From: an uncultured bacterium
GTDB lineage: Bacteria; Muiribacteriota; Ozemobacteria; Ozemobacterales; Ozemobacteraceae
Direction: 5' to 3'
Assembly (NCBI GenBank): GCA_937949615.1
Contig: CALEDQ010000008.1
Coordinates: 827,556 to 891,555 of the forward strand
DNA length: 64,000 nucleotides
Positions 9,104 to 18,323 of this stretch are shown one piece after another (the first letter of the stretch is position 1; every line of letters begins with the position of its first letter). A program made the translations under genes and the position numbers. The notes below the pieces were generated by a model that was not told the DNA's origin, searched no databases, and saw only the letters and a program-made list of their open reading frames with translations.

Positions 9104-9976
9104 TTAGCTTTCGCCACCGAGGTGTGAACGTTCGACGCCGAAGATGATCTTCATCGAGGCAGAAATTACACCAAGCATGGCGCCAATCAGAATGGCGCTC
9201 TGAGCGGCTGAACTTGGGTAAGCCATGATCCATTCCTTGATCAGGGCGATATCAAGATACTGACCTATGAAAGGAATGTAAGCGAGGTATTTCGAGACCA
9301 GATTGCCGATCGGAACGTTACCAAGCATAACGACAAAGGCGGCGCCCATCAGCAAACCGGCTTCTTTCGATTTTACACGGAAAGCGCGGAACGAAGCCGA
9401 AGCGACGAAGAAAGCAAGCAGCGAGAACATGGTTGCCTGGCCGTTTTTGAAAACACCAACAAACAGAATCTGCTGCAGGCTGTTGACCAGGTTCATGAAG
9501 CTGCCCTTCAGGCGATCCGAGGGAGCTCTTTCAGGAGTAGAGGAGCCTTCAGGGGTCACGTCGACAAGCACGTTACCTTCGGCGTCCTTTTCCACTTTCG
9601 AAACGGTAACCAGCGTTGAAGACTGGCTGTTCTCAGAGAGCAAATAATATTTCTGCCCAACCTGAACTTCTTTTTCAAACATTGGCCAGCTGCCAGACAG
9701 GAAACCAAGGATCGCCATGGTGACAAAACCGATAACGAGAACCAGGCTGTAACCCCAGCCGTCGCCTTTGCGACTGATCTTGTGCAGGTTGATGCGCAGC
9801 AGGCTGAATGCGCCCAGGACCATAGTAAAAGACATGATAATCTGAATCCACTGAGGAAACACTTCTTCGAGTGACTTGATGGTTGGCAGTGCCGGGCCGC
9901 TGAAAAAAGCGATGATCATGATGATGCCCGTCACGAATGTGATGATGAGAGGAACAGTTCTTTTAATAAACAGCAT
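9104..9976 (-). CDS. Polytopic membrane protein, unknown function
   Basis: 290-aa hydrophobic protein with multiple TM segments. It lies 13 nt downstream of the 9990-11372 gene. Confidence 0.7.
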   Translation of the reverse strand: MLFIKRTVPLIITFVTGIIMIIAFFSGPALPTIKSLEEVFPQWIQIIMSFTMVLGAFSLLRINLHKISRKGDGWGYSLVLVIGFVTMAILGFLSGSWPMFEKEVQVGQKYYLLSENSQSSTLVTVSKVEKDAEGNVLVDVTPEGSSTPERAPSDRLKGSFMNLVNSLQQILFVGVFKNGQATMFSLLAFFVASASFRAFRVKSKEAGLLMGAAFVVMLGNVPIGNLVSKYLAYIPFIGQYLDIALIKEWIMAYPSSAAQSAILIGAMLGVISASMKIIFGVERSHLGGES

Positions 9977-9989
9977 GTTCAGGTCTACC

Positions 9990-11372
9990 TCACTTCAGGA
10001 GCCGCATAAAGTTTTCGGCAAGGCTGACGAAAACAGTACCGGATGCATATTCAGTTTTGGAAATGGTTACCAGCAGAGTGCCGATGATCATGAAAACGAT
10101 AATGATCAGCTTGATCATATCCTGGCCTTTGAGAGAACCGACTTCACGGGGGTTCTTCGACAGGTAGGCAGAGGCGGCAAACAGTTCTTCACCGATCAGG
10201 GTGTAGTCGCAGGCGGCGACGAAGAACGGAATCTGCGAAGGTTCGGCAGTACCGGCGATCTGAATCGCGCCAACGGCGTTACCGGTTTCGGCGAGAATCA
10301 GAGATTCGGCGTAGAAAGTGCCGAGATAGAAACATGCGGCCGGTTTTTCGCGCATCATGATACCACCGACGCCGGCGACATAACCGAACTGGTCGTCAGT
10401 GAGGTAGTTGATACGGTCAGGTCTGAAAGCATCGGGGCGACCCTTTTCAAGGTAAGCCTGTTTAACGACTTCCTGGGCAACCGACATAACGAAAGACCTG
10501 GTCATCGGCGCATAAAGAGGTGTGTCGTATTCGGCGGTTTTTTTGGCGACATGACCCATGATGGTTACACCGGCGATGGTCTGAATGTCATCCATGTCCA
10601 TGATGCCGGGGATATAAAGAACGCCGCGACCCATTTCGGTGGCACGGCCAACGGCATCTTCAAGAGCCGAAAGGCCGCTGATTCTTCTGATGAAGAGTTC
10701 TTTACCTCTCTGGGCATGGAAAGTGTAATAAGTCACGAATGCCATCAGAGTAATGATGATCACGAGAACATTGGCGCGGTTCATGTCGAAGTAATACATT
10801 TCTTCGGCAGCAGGCGCCGGAGCGGCAGCCGGTTCGGCAACTGCAACCGCGACCGTAGGCTCGGTAGCGCTGGCAGTTTCTGAAGTTTTGGCGGCTTCAG
10901 TTGCAGGCTCAGTCTGGGCGGCCGGAGCAGCCGGGGTTTCTACTGCAGCGGCAGGAACTGCCACCGGAGCAACCACGGATGATTCAGCGGGAGCTGCTGG
11001 AGCTGCCGGTTCGGCAACTGCCTGGGCAGGCTGAGTTTCCGGAGCTGCCGGGGGAGCCGGCGGTTCAACCGGCTGAGTCTGCGCAGGAGCGGCATCAACG
11101 GCTGGAGCCGCGGGTGCAGTTTCTGCTGCAGCCGGTTCGGCGACCTGGGCAACAGGCTGTGTCTCATCTACAGCCGGGGCAACTGCTGGCTGTTCTTTAA
11201 CAGAATCAGCAGTAATTTCAGTCATGCCGGTATCGTCAACAGCAGAAGACTGAACAGGTGCGGCTGCCGGAATTTCTTCCTGCTGGGCCACAACAACCAA
11301 AGCCGATACCATACACAGGAAAAGAACCAGAAATGGCAGCAGTTTCCTGGGTGGTCGCCAGACAACGCTCAT
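9990..11372 (-). CDS. Secreted/membrane protein with an Ala/Pro/Glu-rich low-complexity region and a conserved C-terminal domain
   Basis: Start reassigned to the ATG at 11372 (MSVVWRPPRKLLPFLVLFLCMVSALVVVAQQ, a signal-peptide-like N-terminus). This ATG has a GGAGG Shine-Dalgarno 9 nt upstream. Then comes a ~170-aa PAAAP/ETAPAAP repeat-like region. A ~270-aa C-terminal domain with at least 2 TM segments follows. Confidence 0.7.
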   Translation of the reverse strand: MSVVWRPPRKLLPFLVLFLCMVSALVVVAQQEEIPAAAPVQSSAVDDTGMTEITADSVKEQPAVAPAVDETQPVAQVAEPAAAETAPAAPAVDAAPAQTQPVEPPAPPAAPETQPAQAVAEPAAPAAPAESSVVAPVAVPAAAVETPAAPAAQTEPATEAAKTSETASATEPTVAVAVAEPAAAPAPAAEEMYYFDMNRANVLVIIITLMAFVTYYTFHAQRGKELFIRRISGLSALEDAVGRATEMGRGVLYIPGIMDMDDIQTIAGVTIMGHVAKKTAEYDTPLYAPMTRSFVMSVAQEVVKQAYLEKGRPDAFRPDRINYLTDDQFGYVAGVGGIMMREKPAACFYLGTFYAESLILAETGNAVGAIQIAGTAEPSQIPFFVAACDYTLIGEELFAASAYLSKNPREVGSLKGQDMIKLIIIVFMIIGTLLVTISKTEYASGTVFVSLAENFMRLLK

Positions 11373-11415
11373 GGAAAGACCTCCAAAACGACAGAATTGC
11401 ATTTACAAGCTAGTG

Positions 11416-11444
11416 ATTATAAACGACCCCTACCGGTAAGTCAA
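11416..11444 (-). promoter_or_regulatory. Near-consensus sigma-70 promoter (TTGACT-N17-TATAAT) driving the 11372->2998 operon
   Basis: On the minus strand, the -35 TTGACT is the reverse complement of 11439-11444. A 17-nt spacer follows, then the -10 TATAAT as the reverse complement of 11416-11421. The predicted transcription start is about 35 nt upstream of the ATG at 11372. Confidence 0.5.
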
Positions 11445-11614
11445 CGAAAGCGTGTACCCCTTTTTTTGTGATAATGAATACCGGCCAAATGAAAATTGTC
11501 GCAACCACCCGATTGTTGAACCTTGTCGAAGCAACGTGATTTTTATTGTTCTTTGCCACAGATCGGCGTTTATCTGTGTTCATCCGTGGCTATTTCATTT
11601 CCCCGTGGCAGTTA

Positions 11615-12634
11615 TCAGTGGTGCCAGCAGGCAACCCGGTGACCTTCACCAATCTGCAGCAGGGGTGGAGCTTCGCAGCATTTATCAGTTTGAAGCGGAC
11701 AGATACTTCTGTAACAGCAGCCTTCGGCGGAAAAAACCGGCGCAGCGTTTTGCATTCTGGACTTGAGCGGATTACCTTCGCGAAGAAACATCGCTGATTC
11801 CAGCAGGCGGCGCGTGTAAGGGTGGCGCGAACCATCAATCAGCTTATCGGCTGGCAGTTCTTCGACCAGGTGGCCATGATACAGCAAAATGATCCGGTCA
11901 GAAATCTGCCTGACAACAGCTACGTCGTGCGAAATAAAAAGCAGCGACAGCTGCCGGTCGGCACGCAGTTTCATCAACAGTTCAAGAATCTGCGCCTGCA
12001 CCGAAACATCGAGAGCAGACACGGCTTCGTCGGCAATTATCAGCTGCGGGCACAAAATCAAAGCCCGGCAGATGCCAATACGCTGCCGCTGACCACCGCT
12101 GAATTCAGATGGGTATCTTTCAAGGGCGCCCGGCTCAAGACCAACCTCATGCAGTGCCTGCTGCAACATTTTTTCCATGCCGCCCTCAGGCTTGATTCCA
12201 TGAATTTTAAGCGGTTCGGCAATAATCTGGCGCACCGTCATTCTCGGGTCAAGCGAACCGAACGGGTCCTGAAAAATCATCTGCATCTGGCGCAAAACCG
12301 CCATACGGTCAGCCCCGCTCGCGCCAATGACCTCGCGACCGGCAAGTTTTGCCTGGCCACTGTCGGCTTCATAAATACCCATCAGAACTCTGGCCAGAGT
12401 CGATTTTCCAGAACCGCTCTCACCGAGAATCCCGAGAGTTTCGCCTCTGGCAACCGAAAATCCCTGAATATCGAGCGCCACGACTCTTGACGCGGCTTCT
12501 CGACTGAAAAGACGCCTGAAGCGCTGGGCGAAGGTGTCTTCGACGACAAAACTTTTGCGCAGCTGACCAACCGAAAGAATCGGGTTGGTTACAGCCTGAC
12601 AATTTTCAGATTGGTGCAGCATCTTTTTCAACAA
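11615..12634 (-). CDS. Oligopeptide/dipeptide ABC transporter ATP-binding protein (OppF/DppF type)
   Basis: Walker A GESGSGKST, signature LSGGQRQR and Walker B IIADEAVSALD are present. The Cys-containing C-terminal extension typical of the Opp/Dpp ATPase subfamily is also present. Confidence 0.85.
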   Translation of the reverse strand: MLKKMLHQSENCQAVTNPILSVGQLRKSFVVEDTFAQRFRRLFSREAASRVVALDIQGFSVARGETLGILGESGSGKSTLARVLMGIYEADSGQAKLAGREVIGASGADRMAVLRQMQMIFQDPFGSLDPRMTVRQIIAEPLKIHGIKPEGGMEKMLQQALHEVGLEPGALERYPSEFSGGQRQRIGICRALILCPQLIIADEAVSALDVSVQAQILELLMKLRADRQLSLLFISHDVAVVRQISDRIILLYHGHLVEELPADKLIDGSRHPYTRRLLESAMFLREGNPLKSRMQNAAPVFSAEGCCYRSICPLQTDKCCEAPPLLQIGEGHRVACWHH

Positions 12635-12693
12635 TCATCAGAATTCTGCAAACATCATCGACAACTGCAGATGATTTTTTGAACTCTTTCGCA

Positions 12694-13734
12694 TCAGGCC
12701 TTTGCGACTGAGGATGAGCCAACTTCATTTTTCAGCGGGTAGAAACAGGCGACTTTTCGGCCATCAGGCAGCGATTCTGAGCCAGGCCGCTCCCTGCGGC
12801 ATTTTTCCTGCGCAAAGCGACAGCGGTCTGAATAAACACAACCAGATGGCTTACGGTCGGGAGCCGGCAGACTCCCCGGTATCGCAACCGGCAGCTTTCT
12901 TTCTGGTATCAGCCGCGGCAAAGCCGCAACCAGATCGGCAGTATAAGGGTGTGCCGGCGCCGCCAGAATCTGGCGCGTTTCGCCGTTCTCGACCAGACAG
13001 CCACAGTAAAAAACCGCAAGATGATCAGAAACAGCTCGAATGACACCCAGATCGTGACTGATAAAAATCATTGTGCGGCCCTCATTTTCTATCTGGGCGC
13101 GCAATTCAGCCAGCAGCTGCACCTGAAGTTCAGCATCGATAGCCGTGGTCGGCTCATCGGCAATAATCAGGTCAGGCTCCATGACCAGTGCCATGGCAAT
13201 CATCGCCCGCTGCCGCATACCACCACTCAACTGATGCGGGTAAGAATGCAGAAACCTGTCCGGATCAGAAAAACCGGCGCGCAGCAATGCCCGCCTGACC
13301 TTCTCATCGACCTGTTCCCGCGCGGCTTTCGCTTCGTGGGCATAAACCGTTTCGCTGATCTGATCATACAGCGTCATGAGCGGATTCATCGCGGTCATCG
13401 GCTCCTGAAATATGAACCCGATGCGCCGCCCCCTGAATTTCTGCCAGGTTGCCTCATCGGCACCGGTCAGCGTCTGCCCGGCAAACTCGATCTGCCCAGA
13501 ACGCGCCGAAACCACCGCCTCAGGAAAAAGGCCGGCAATGTTCATCGCCAGAACCGACTTCCCCGAGCCCGACTCGCCTGCTATCCCAAGACAGCGACCG
13601 GCCGGAACTTCGAGTGAAATGTTTTCGAGCACAGGCAGCAGGCGCCCGTCAGTGGCGCGAAGCCGCAGCGAAAAATCCTGTATTTTCAACACTTGGGGCC
13701 GCCCTGGGTCACAGCTGCGATTCAGCCGGACCAA
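12694..13734 (-). CDS. Oligopeptide/dipeptide ABC transporter ATP-binding protein (OppD/DppD type)
   Basis: Walker A GESGSGKS, signature LSGGMRQR and Walker B LIIADEPTTAID are present. The C-terminal oligopeptide-ABC domain carries the CxxC region. The precise start is uncertain because the ORF overlaps the SBP gene by 26 nt. Confidence 0.85.
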   Translation of the reverse strand: MVRLNRSCDPGRPQVLKIQDFSLRLRATDGRLLPVLENISLEVPAGRCLGIAGESGSGKSVLAMNIAGLFPEAVVSARSGQIEFAGQTLTGADEATWQKFRGRRIGFIFQEPMTAMNPLMTLYDQISETVYAHEAKAAREQVDEKVRRALLRAGFSDPDRFLHSYPHQLSGGMRQRAMIAMALVMEPDLIIADEPTTAIDAELQVQLLAELRAQIENEGRTMIFISHDLGVIRAVSDHLAVFYCGCLVENGETRQILAAPAHPYTADLVAALPRLIPERKLPVAIPGSLPAPDRKPSGCVYSDRCRFAQEKCRRERPGSESLPDGRKVACFYPLKNEVGSSSVAKA

Positions 13735-15406
13735 ATAGAAGTTTCCAGTTCAGAACGTCGTTCCAGATAGCACAGGCCGCAGTCGAAAGCCCGGCATCGG
13801 CGTGATAAAGACCAACATCCATGGGTCTGACCAGAAATGCCATCGGACGAGATTCTTCAAGATAAGCTGACAGGCTTGCAACCGCCTGATTTCTGTCGAC
13901 ACCGTCGAGCATCGAATCAAGCTCCTCAAGAGTTTTATCGACCTGTCCATCCTTGACTCCGGCATAATTCAAATTATCAAGCACCTTCGGCGACGAATGC
14001 AGGAGCGAAACCCAGTTTCCACCAGCAGGAAACTGATAGCTGAGCAACGCTGTGCTGAATTCACCCTGTCTGAGGCGTTTTGATACGAAATCAGACCAGG
14101 AAACAGCTTCAACCGAAGCTTTAATATGGGCACGCCCCAGATCTACAACGATCTGGTCTGCGATCACCCGGCGCGAAAGATTGTCATCGTTGATCAGAAT
14201 CTTTATTTCAAAGGGACTGCCGTTGAAATCACGCCAGTTGTCATTGTTTGAATCTTTAACACCGGCTGCATCGAGCATTTTTTCGCCGCTGGCGAAACGG
14301 TTAGAATATTCTTCCGGGGCTGCCGGCCCTGAAGCCAGAATATTGCTGTAAAGTGCGACACCATCACCCGGGAACTGGTTTAATATGCGATTCCGGTCAA
14401 CCAGCAGGTCAAGGGCGGTACGAACTTTCGCATCAGCAAGAGATGCGTCACGGGTGTTGAAAACCCAGACCATCGCAGCCTGATTCGGGTATTTTACAAA
14501 CTTTACCTGGTCGAGCTTCATGTTTTCGAGCTGCTCTGAAATCATTGAAGGTAGATTGATCCAGTCGTATTTTTTCTGCCTGAAATTAGAAACAAGCTGC
14601 TGAAAATCATAGCTGCTGTGAATCAGAACCGCCGGGCGCGATGCGGTCCGGTCATCGAGAAAATACGGATTGGCTTCAAGCAGAAGATAAGAGCTTTTTT
14701 CGCGGGCCTTGATCATATAAGGGCCGAGGCCAACCGGTTTATCTGCATACATTTCGAGCACCGAGGCCGCGCTGGCATTTTTGACTTCACCGGCAGCCGA
14801 TGCTGTTACAGATTGATCGGCAGATGCCGCCGGTTTATCTGAGTCGAGAATATGCTTAGGCAGCAGCCCGACGCAGAGCAGATCGAGATACTGGCGCGAA
14901 TTACCGGCAAATATCATGTGGCATCTCTGCCCCTGCCCGATCGAGGAAACAGCCAGAACTCCTTTTGCCAGTTCGACATAAGGGCTGTTGTTTTTGGGAT
15001 CAGCCATCATTCTGATGGTAAATTCGAGAGCGCGCGGGTCAAATTCGGTTCCGTCATGCCATTTCAGGCCGCGGCGCCAGACGGCATCGAGAACTACAGT
15101 GCCGTTTTCACCGGGAGTCAAATAATATTCAGAAAAAAGATAAGGCACGAAACTACCGTCGGCAAGCTTGCGCAGCGGTGCAGCATGAATGAAGTTACTG
15201 ACCATCTGCCCATGTTCTGATTCAAGATGTTCAATAGGATTAAGACCGAGCGGATCGCCGTAAATCCCGAGCCTGACAACCCTGCCACTCGAATCATCAA
15301 GCATGGCAGCGATTTCGCCAGGAAGTTCCTGAGTGCGCCGGCAGCCGGAAAAATTCACCAGCGCCGCAATCAAAACGAATATCAATAGAATGCGGTAATT
15401 TTTCAT
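13709..15406 (-). CDS. ABC transporter substrate-binding lipoprotein, family 5 (peptide/nickel/opine type)
   Basis: The N-terminal lipoprotein signal is MKNYRILLIFVLIAALVNFSGC. The 565-aa size and general composition fit SBP family 5. An AAGGAA Shine-Dalgarno is present. The two Opp-type ATPases follow directly. Confidence 0.8.
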   Translation of the reverse strand: MKNYRILLIFVLIAALVNFSGCRRTQELPGEIAAMLDDSSGRVVRLGIYGDPLGLNPIEHLESEHGQMVSNFIHAAPLRKLADGSFVPYLFSEYYLTPGENGTVVLDAVWRRGLKWHDGTEFDPRALEFTIRMMADPKNNSPYVELAKGVLAVSSIGQGQRCHMIFAGNSRQYLDLLCVGLLPKHILDSDKPAASADQSVTASAAGEVKNASAASVLEMYADKPVGLGPYMIKAREKSSYLLLEANPYFLDDRTASRPAVLIHSSYDFQQLVSNFRQKKYDWINLPSMISEQLENMKLDQVKFVKYPNQAAMVWVFNTRDASLADAKVRTALDLLVDRNRILNQFPGDGVALYSNILASGPAAPEEYSNRFASGEKMLDAAGVKDSNNDNWRDFNGSPFEIKILINDDNLSRRVIADQIVVDLGRAHIKASVEAVSWSDFVSKRLRQGEFSTALLSYQFPAGGNWVSLLHSSPKVLDNLNYAGVKDGQVDKTLEELDSMLDGVDRNQAVASLSAYLEESRPMAFLVRPMDVGLYHADAGLSTAACAIWNDVLNWKLLFGPAESQL

Positions 15407-15430
15407 AATTCTGTTTCCTTATTCAACATT

Positions 15431-15462
15431 CGGTAGGGTGCCCTCGCGAGTGCACCCTACCG
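15431..15462. repeat. 11-bp-stem inverted repeat in the opp leader region
   Basis: cggtagggtgc (15431-15441) pairs with gcaccctaccg (15452-15462). It lies 26 nt upstream of the SBP start codon and 55 nt past the stop of the 934-aa gene. No U-tract follows, so it is more likely a regulatory or stability hairpin than a canonical terminator. Confidence 0.4.
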
Positions 15463-15516
15463 TGCAGCCTACGCAGGACATTTCATTTATTTTGCACATT
15501 CAATTTTGTCAAAGGA

Positions 15517-18321
15517 TCAGTTCCCCTGTGGGGCCTGAAAAATCACGTTCCCTGAAGGAGTAACCGATGTTGCCTCACCGGTGCCTGCGCCTGTTTCACC
15601 GCCCGGAGCAGTAAGTGGCTGCTGCAAAGGCATCTGGGGAGCGGGAGTCGGCATTTCCGCAGGCTGGCGATTATTCTTTCTGATCATTTCTTCGGCCCAT
15701 TGCCTGGTTTCGGTAGCGGTAAGTGCTGAGCCAGCGATTCTCGAAAGCATCGGCACAGCTTCGCCAGCTTTACCATTCTGAAGCAGTGACCTGCTCATAT
15801 TTACCTCGGCTTCGGTAATTGAAGCAACAAGCGAAATGGCGTGGCTTCTGATTTCCGGGGGGGCGGCCGGTGAGGCGGCAGCAGTTTCTAGGTGCTGACG
15901 TGCCCGGCCAAGCTGCTGCGAACGCACCAGAATCACGCCCAGGTCGCGATGGAACACGGGGTTGTCAGGATTCAGGTCGAGAGCTTTCAGCATCGCTTCC
16001 TCGGCCCGCTGCTGCAGACCGATGTTCGAGGCAGAAATGCCGACGATGTTCAGCATCGTCGGGTCGCGGTCCTGAACGAGTGCTGAGACAGAAGCCGCGT
16101 AGTTGTAGGCTTCTTCCCATTTCTGAGTGCCGGCTTTAGCGACTGCTAGCGAAGCTTTCGCCTGCAGTTCGAAAGACGGAAAGGCGAGAGCTTTTGTCAG
16201 GTATTTTTCGGCCTGAGCCAGCAGTTCGGTCTTTCTTTCTTCTGGAATAGCGTATCTGGTAATATCGAGAGCGATCTTGCCGGCATACATGTAATAAATC
16301 GAACGCGCCTCACCGGCGGTGAGTTCGAGACCGTGTATCGCTTCCTGGTAGGCTTCGACAAGTTTGTTCATCAGGTGATAGTAGATGTGCATTTTGCGGA
16401 AAACCACCGAATGATAGGTCGATCTGGCGTTGAAATTGATATTCTGCATCGATCTGTCGGCGTAAACCATGGCCCGTTGCGGATCCTGTTCCTGGGCGTA
16501 AATTGCTGAAAGTTTCAGGTAGGGATCACCAGGAAGCGGGTCGAGGACGATAGCATCGGTTAAAAGAGCTTTAGCCCGGTTGACCGCTTCTGCCTGGGTA
16601 TATTTCATATACATGTCAGCTTCGCGCACCATCTCATCGGCCTTCCAGCAGCGCATCTCATGAACGGTGTTGGTTATGCCGCCAAGCAGCGCAACCCCGG
16701 CGAATGCCAGAGCAACAGTCTGATCGATATTGATTTTACGACGCACGAGCGGCGAATTGAAAAAGTCGGTTTCGGTAAGCACCGGCACCAGACCGAGAAA
16801 GAGAACAGCGTAAACCGCAGTTTCAATACGATGGAACGGGAAATCCGGAATGGCGGCGAGCATCTGCGACACCATCGCGGCACCGAGCCCGATCAGCAGA
16901 ATATGTTCGCCACGCATTTCCCCGTCGGGGCGGCTGAAGATTTCGCGACGCAGAGCCAGTTGAATGCTGGCAAAAAAGCGATAAACGACAAACAGAAACA
17001 GCAGCATACCCACGACGCCCATCTCGGAAATAAGCTGCAGCCAGTCATTGTGCGCCTGACGGAAAGTGACCGCGGTAAAAGTCTCTTTGTTGTCTTCAGA
17101 GAAGGTTTTGCCTTCCTGCAGCGGGAAAAAGTGCTTGAAAGCCCCGAAACCACGCCCGAAAAGCGTATCGAAAACCGAGCCATCGAAGGCCTTGATAGTG
17201 CCATACCAGACCCACATGCGCTCATAGGTGTTGCTGGCAAGGCGATCGAGGGTAAAGGTGTATTTGATTTTGTCGAGAATGCTCTCAGACTGAATCGTCT
17301 TGACCGACAACGCAAAAAGACCGGCGAAAATCAGAACCACTGCGGTCAGGAAAAAGGGTGCATTCTTGCGCATCAGCTTCTGCTTGCGGTCGTTGAGAAA
17401 AAGCATGATGGCCATGTAGACAATACCACAGGCAATACCGATGAGGGCCGCGCGGCAACGGGTGATGTAAAGGCCGTAAAGAAGCCAGCCATACAGCCCG
17501 AGCGATATGACCTTCATTACCGTGCTGCGATAGTAAAAGAAGAAGGCCAGAGGCAGAAAGGCCGTGAACATCGCGAATGTGCCGAGATAGTTGCGGTTTC
17601 CGAAGGTCGAAACGACCGAACCCATGTCGTAGTTCCGGTTGGCAAGTTGAGGAAACAAAGGCAGATAGTAGCCATTCGGGTCGACCTGACCGTTGAGCAC
17701 TTCCTCTTTTACGTATCGGATGAGGCTCTGGGCATCGAACTTAAAATAGAAATTGTAGGTTTCCATGATACCGATCGTCGAGGTGGCGATGCCGGTAAAA
17801 ATGACGGCCCAGAGAATAAGTTCGACCTGCCAGCGACTGCGAACCACATTTGCCACCAGCGGGAAAAGCAGGATTATGCTAAAAACCCCGCGCAAATCGC
17901 GAATCGCCGACGGCACGTTGTAATTCCACATCACCGACAGGGCTGCAAAGCCGAAGAACAGCGTCAGCGGAAAATCGATACTGGTGCGAGCCAGAGCCGG
18001 CGTTCGCCGGGTAAACAGGCGGGCGCAGTAGATGCCGGCAAGAATGGCGATCGCGATTTTCGAGAAGAACTCTTTCGGAGTCAGAAAGTTTTCGGTCGTG
18101 GCACGGCTGTAGAGAAACGGCATCACCAGAACAACGAGAAGAATGCCAATATAGACAATCCAGTCAGTAACCGAGAGTTCGGCACGGGTCTCATTGTTGT
18201 TCTTGCGGAACAACCGGTAAAAAAAGTCTTCAAAAGCCTGCAGCCCCGATGGCTGACTGCCGACTACGCCTTCAGGCTTGTCGCTGCCGGCTGCCAAAGT
18301 TCTGACCCGTTTTTTTGCCAT
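15517..18321 (-). CDS. O-antigen ligase/PglL-family (Wzy_C) polytopic membrane protein fused to C-terminal TPR repeats
   Basis: The N-terminal ~560 aa have at least 10 TM segments. They carry the conserved ligase motifs R..AALIG, FGRGFGAF and QAHNDWLQLISEMGVVG (the H-N-x-x-L catalytic-region signature). The C-terminal ~350 aa contain multiple TPR-like repeats. The tail is Pro-rich (PAEMPTPAPQMPLQQPLTAPGGETGAG). Confidence 0.8.
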   Translation of the reverse strand: MAKKRVRTLAAGSDKPEGVVGSQPSGLQAFEDFFYRLFRKNNNETRAELSVTDWIVYIGILLVVLVMPFLYSRATTENFLTPKEFFSKIAIAILAGIYCARLFTRRTPALARTSIDFPLTLFFGFAALSVMWNYNVPSAIRDLRGVFSIILLFPLVANVVRSRWQVELILWAVIFTGIATSTIGIMETYNFYFKFDAQSLIRYVKEEVLNGQVDPNGYYLPLFPQLANRNYDMGSVVSTFGNRNYLGTFAMFTAFLPLAFFFYYRSTVMKVISLGLYGWLLYGLYITRCRAALIGIACGIVYMAIMLFLNDRKQKLMRKNAPFFLTAVVLIFAGLFALSVKTIQSESILDKIKYTFTLDRLASNTYERMWVWYGTIKAFDGSVFDTLFGRGFGAFKHFFPLQEGKTFSEDNKETFTAVTFRQAHNDWLQLISEMGVVGMLLFLFVVYRFFASIQLALRREIFSRPDGEMRGEHILLIGLGAAMVSQMLAAIPDFPFHRIETAVYAVLFLGLVPVLTETDFFNSPLVRRKINIDQTVALAFAGVALLGGITNTVHEMRCWKADEMVREADMYMKYTQAEAVNRAKALLTDAIVLDPLPGDPYLKLSAIYAQEQDPQRAMVYADRSMQNINFNARSTYHSVVFRKMHIYYHLMNKLVEAYQEAIHGLELTAGEARSIYYMYAGKIALDITRYAIPEERKTELLAQAEKYLTKALAFPSFELQAKASLAVAKAGTQKWEEAYNYAASVSALVQDRDPTMLNIVGISASNIGLQQRAEEAMLKALDLNPDNPVFHRDLGVILVRSQQLGRARQHLETAAASPAAPPEIRSHAISLVASITEAEVNMSRSLLQNGKAGEAVPMLSRIAGSALTATETRQWAEEMIRKNNRQPAEMPTPAPQMPLQQPLTAPGGETGAGTGEATSVTPSGNVIFQAPQGN

Positions 18322-18323
18322 GA

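Noticed and set aside
9876-10883. 335-aa plus-strand ORF
   Set aside because: It is antisense to the 9990-11372 gene and overlaps its Ala/Pro-rich region. The translation is compositionally biased with no start context.
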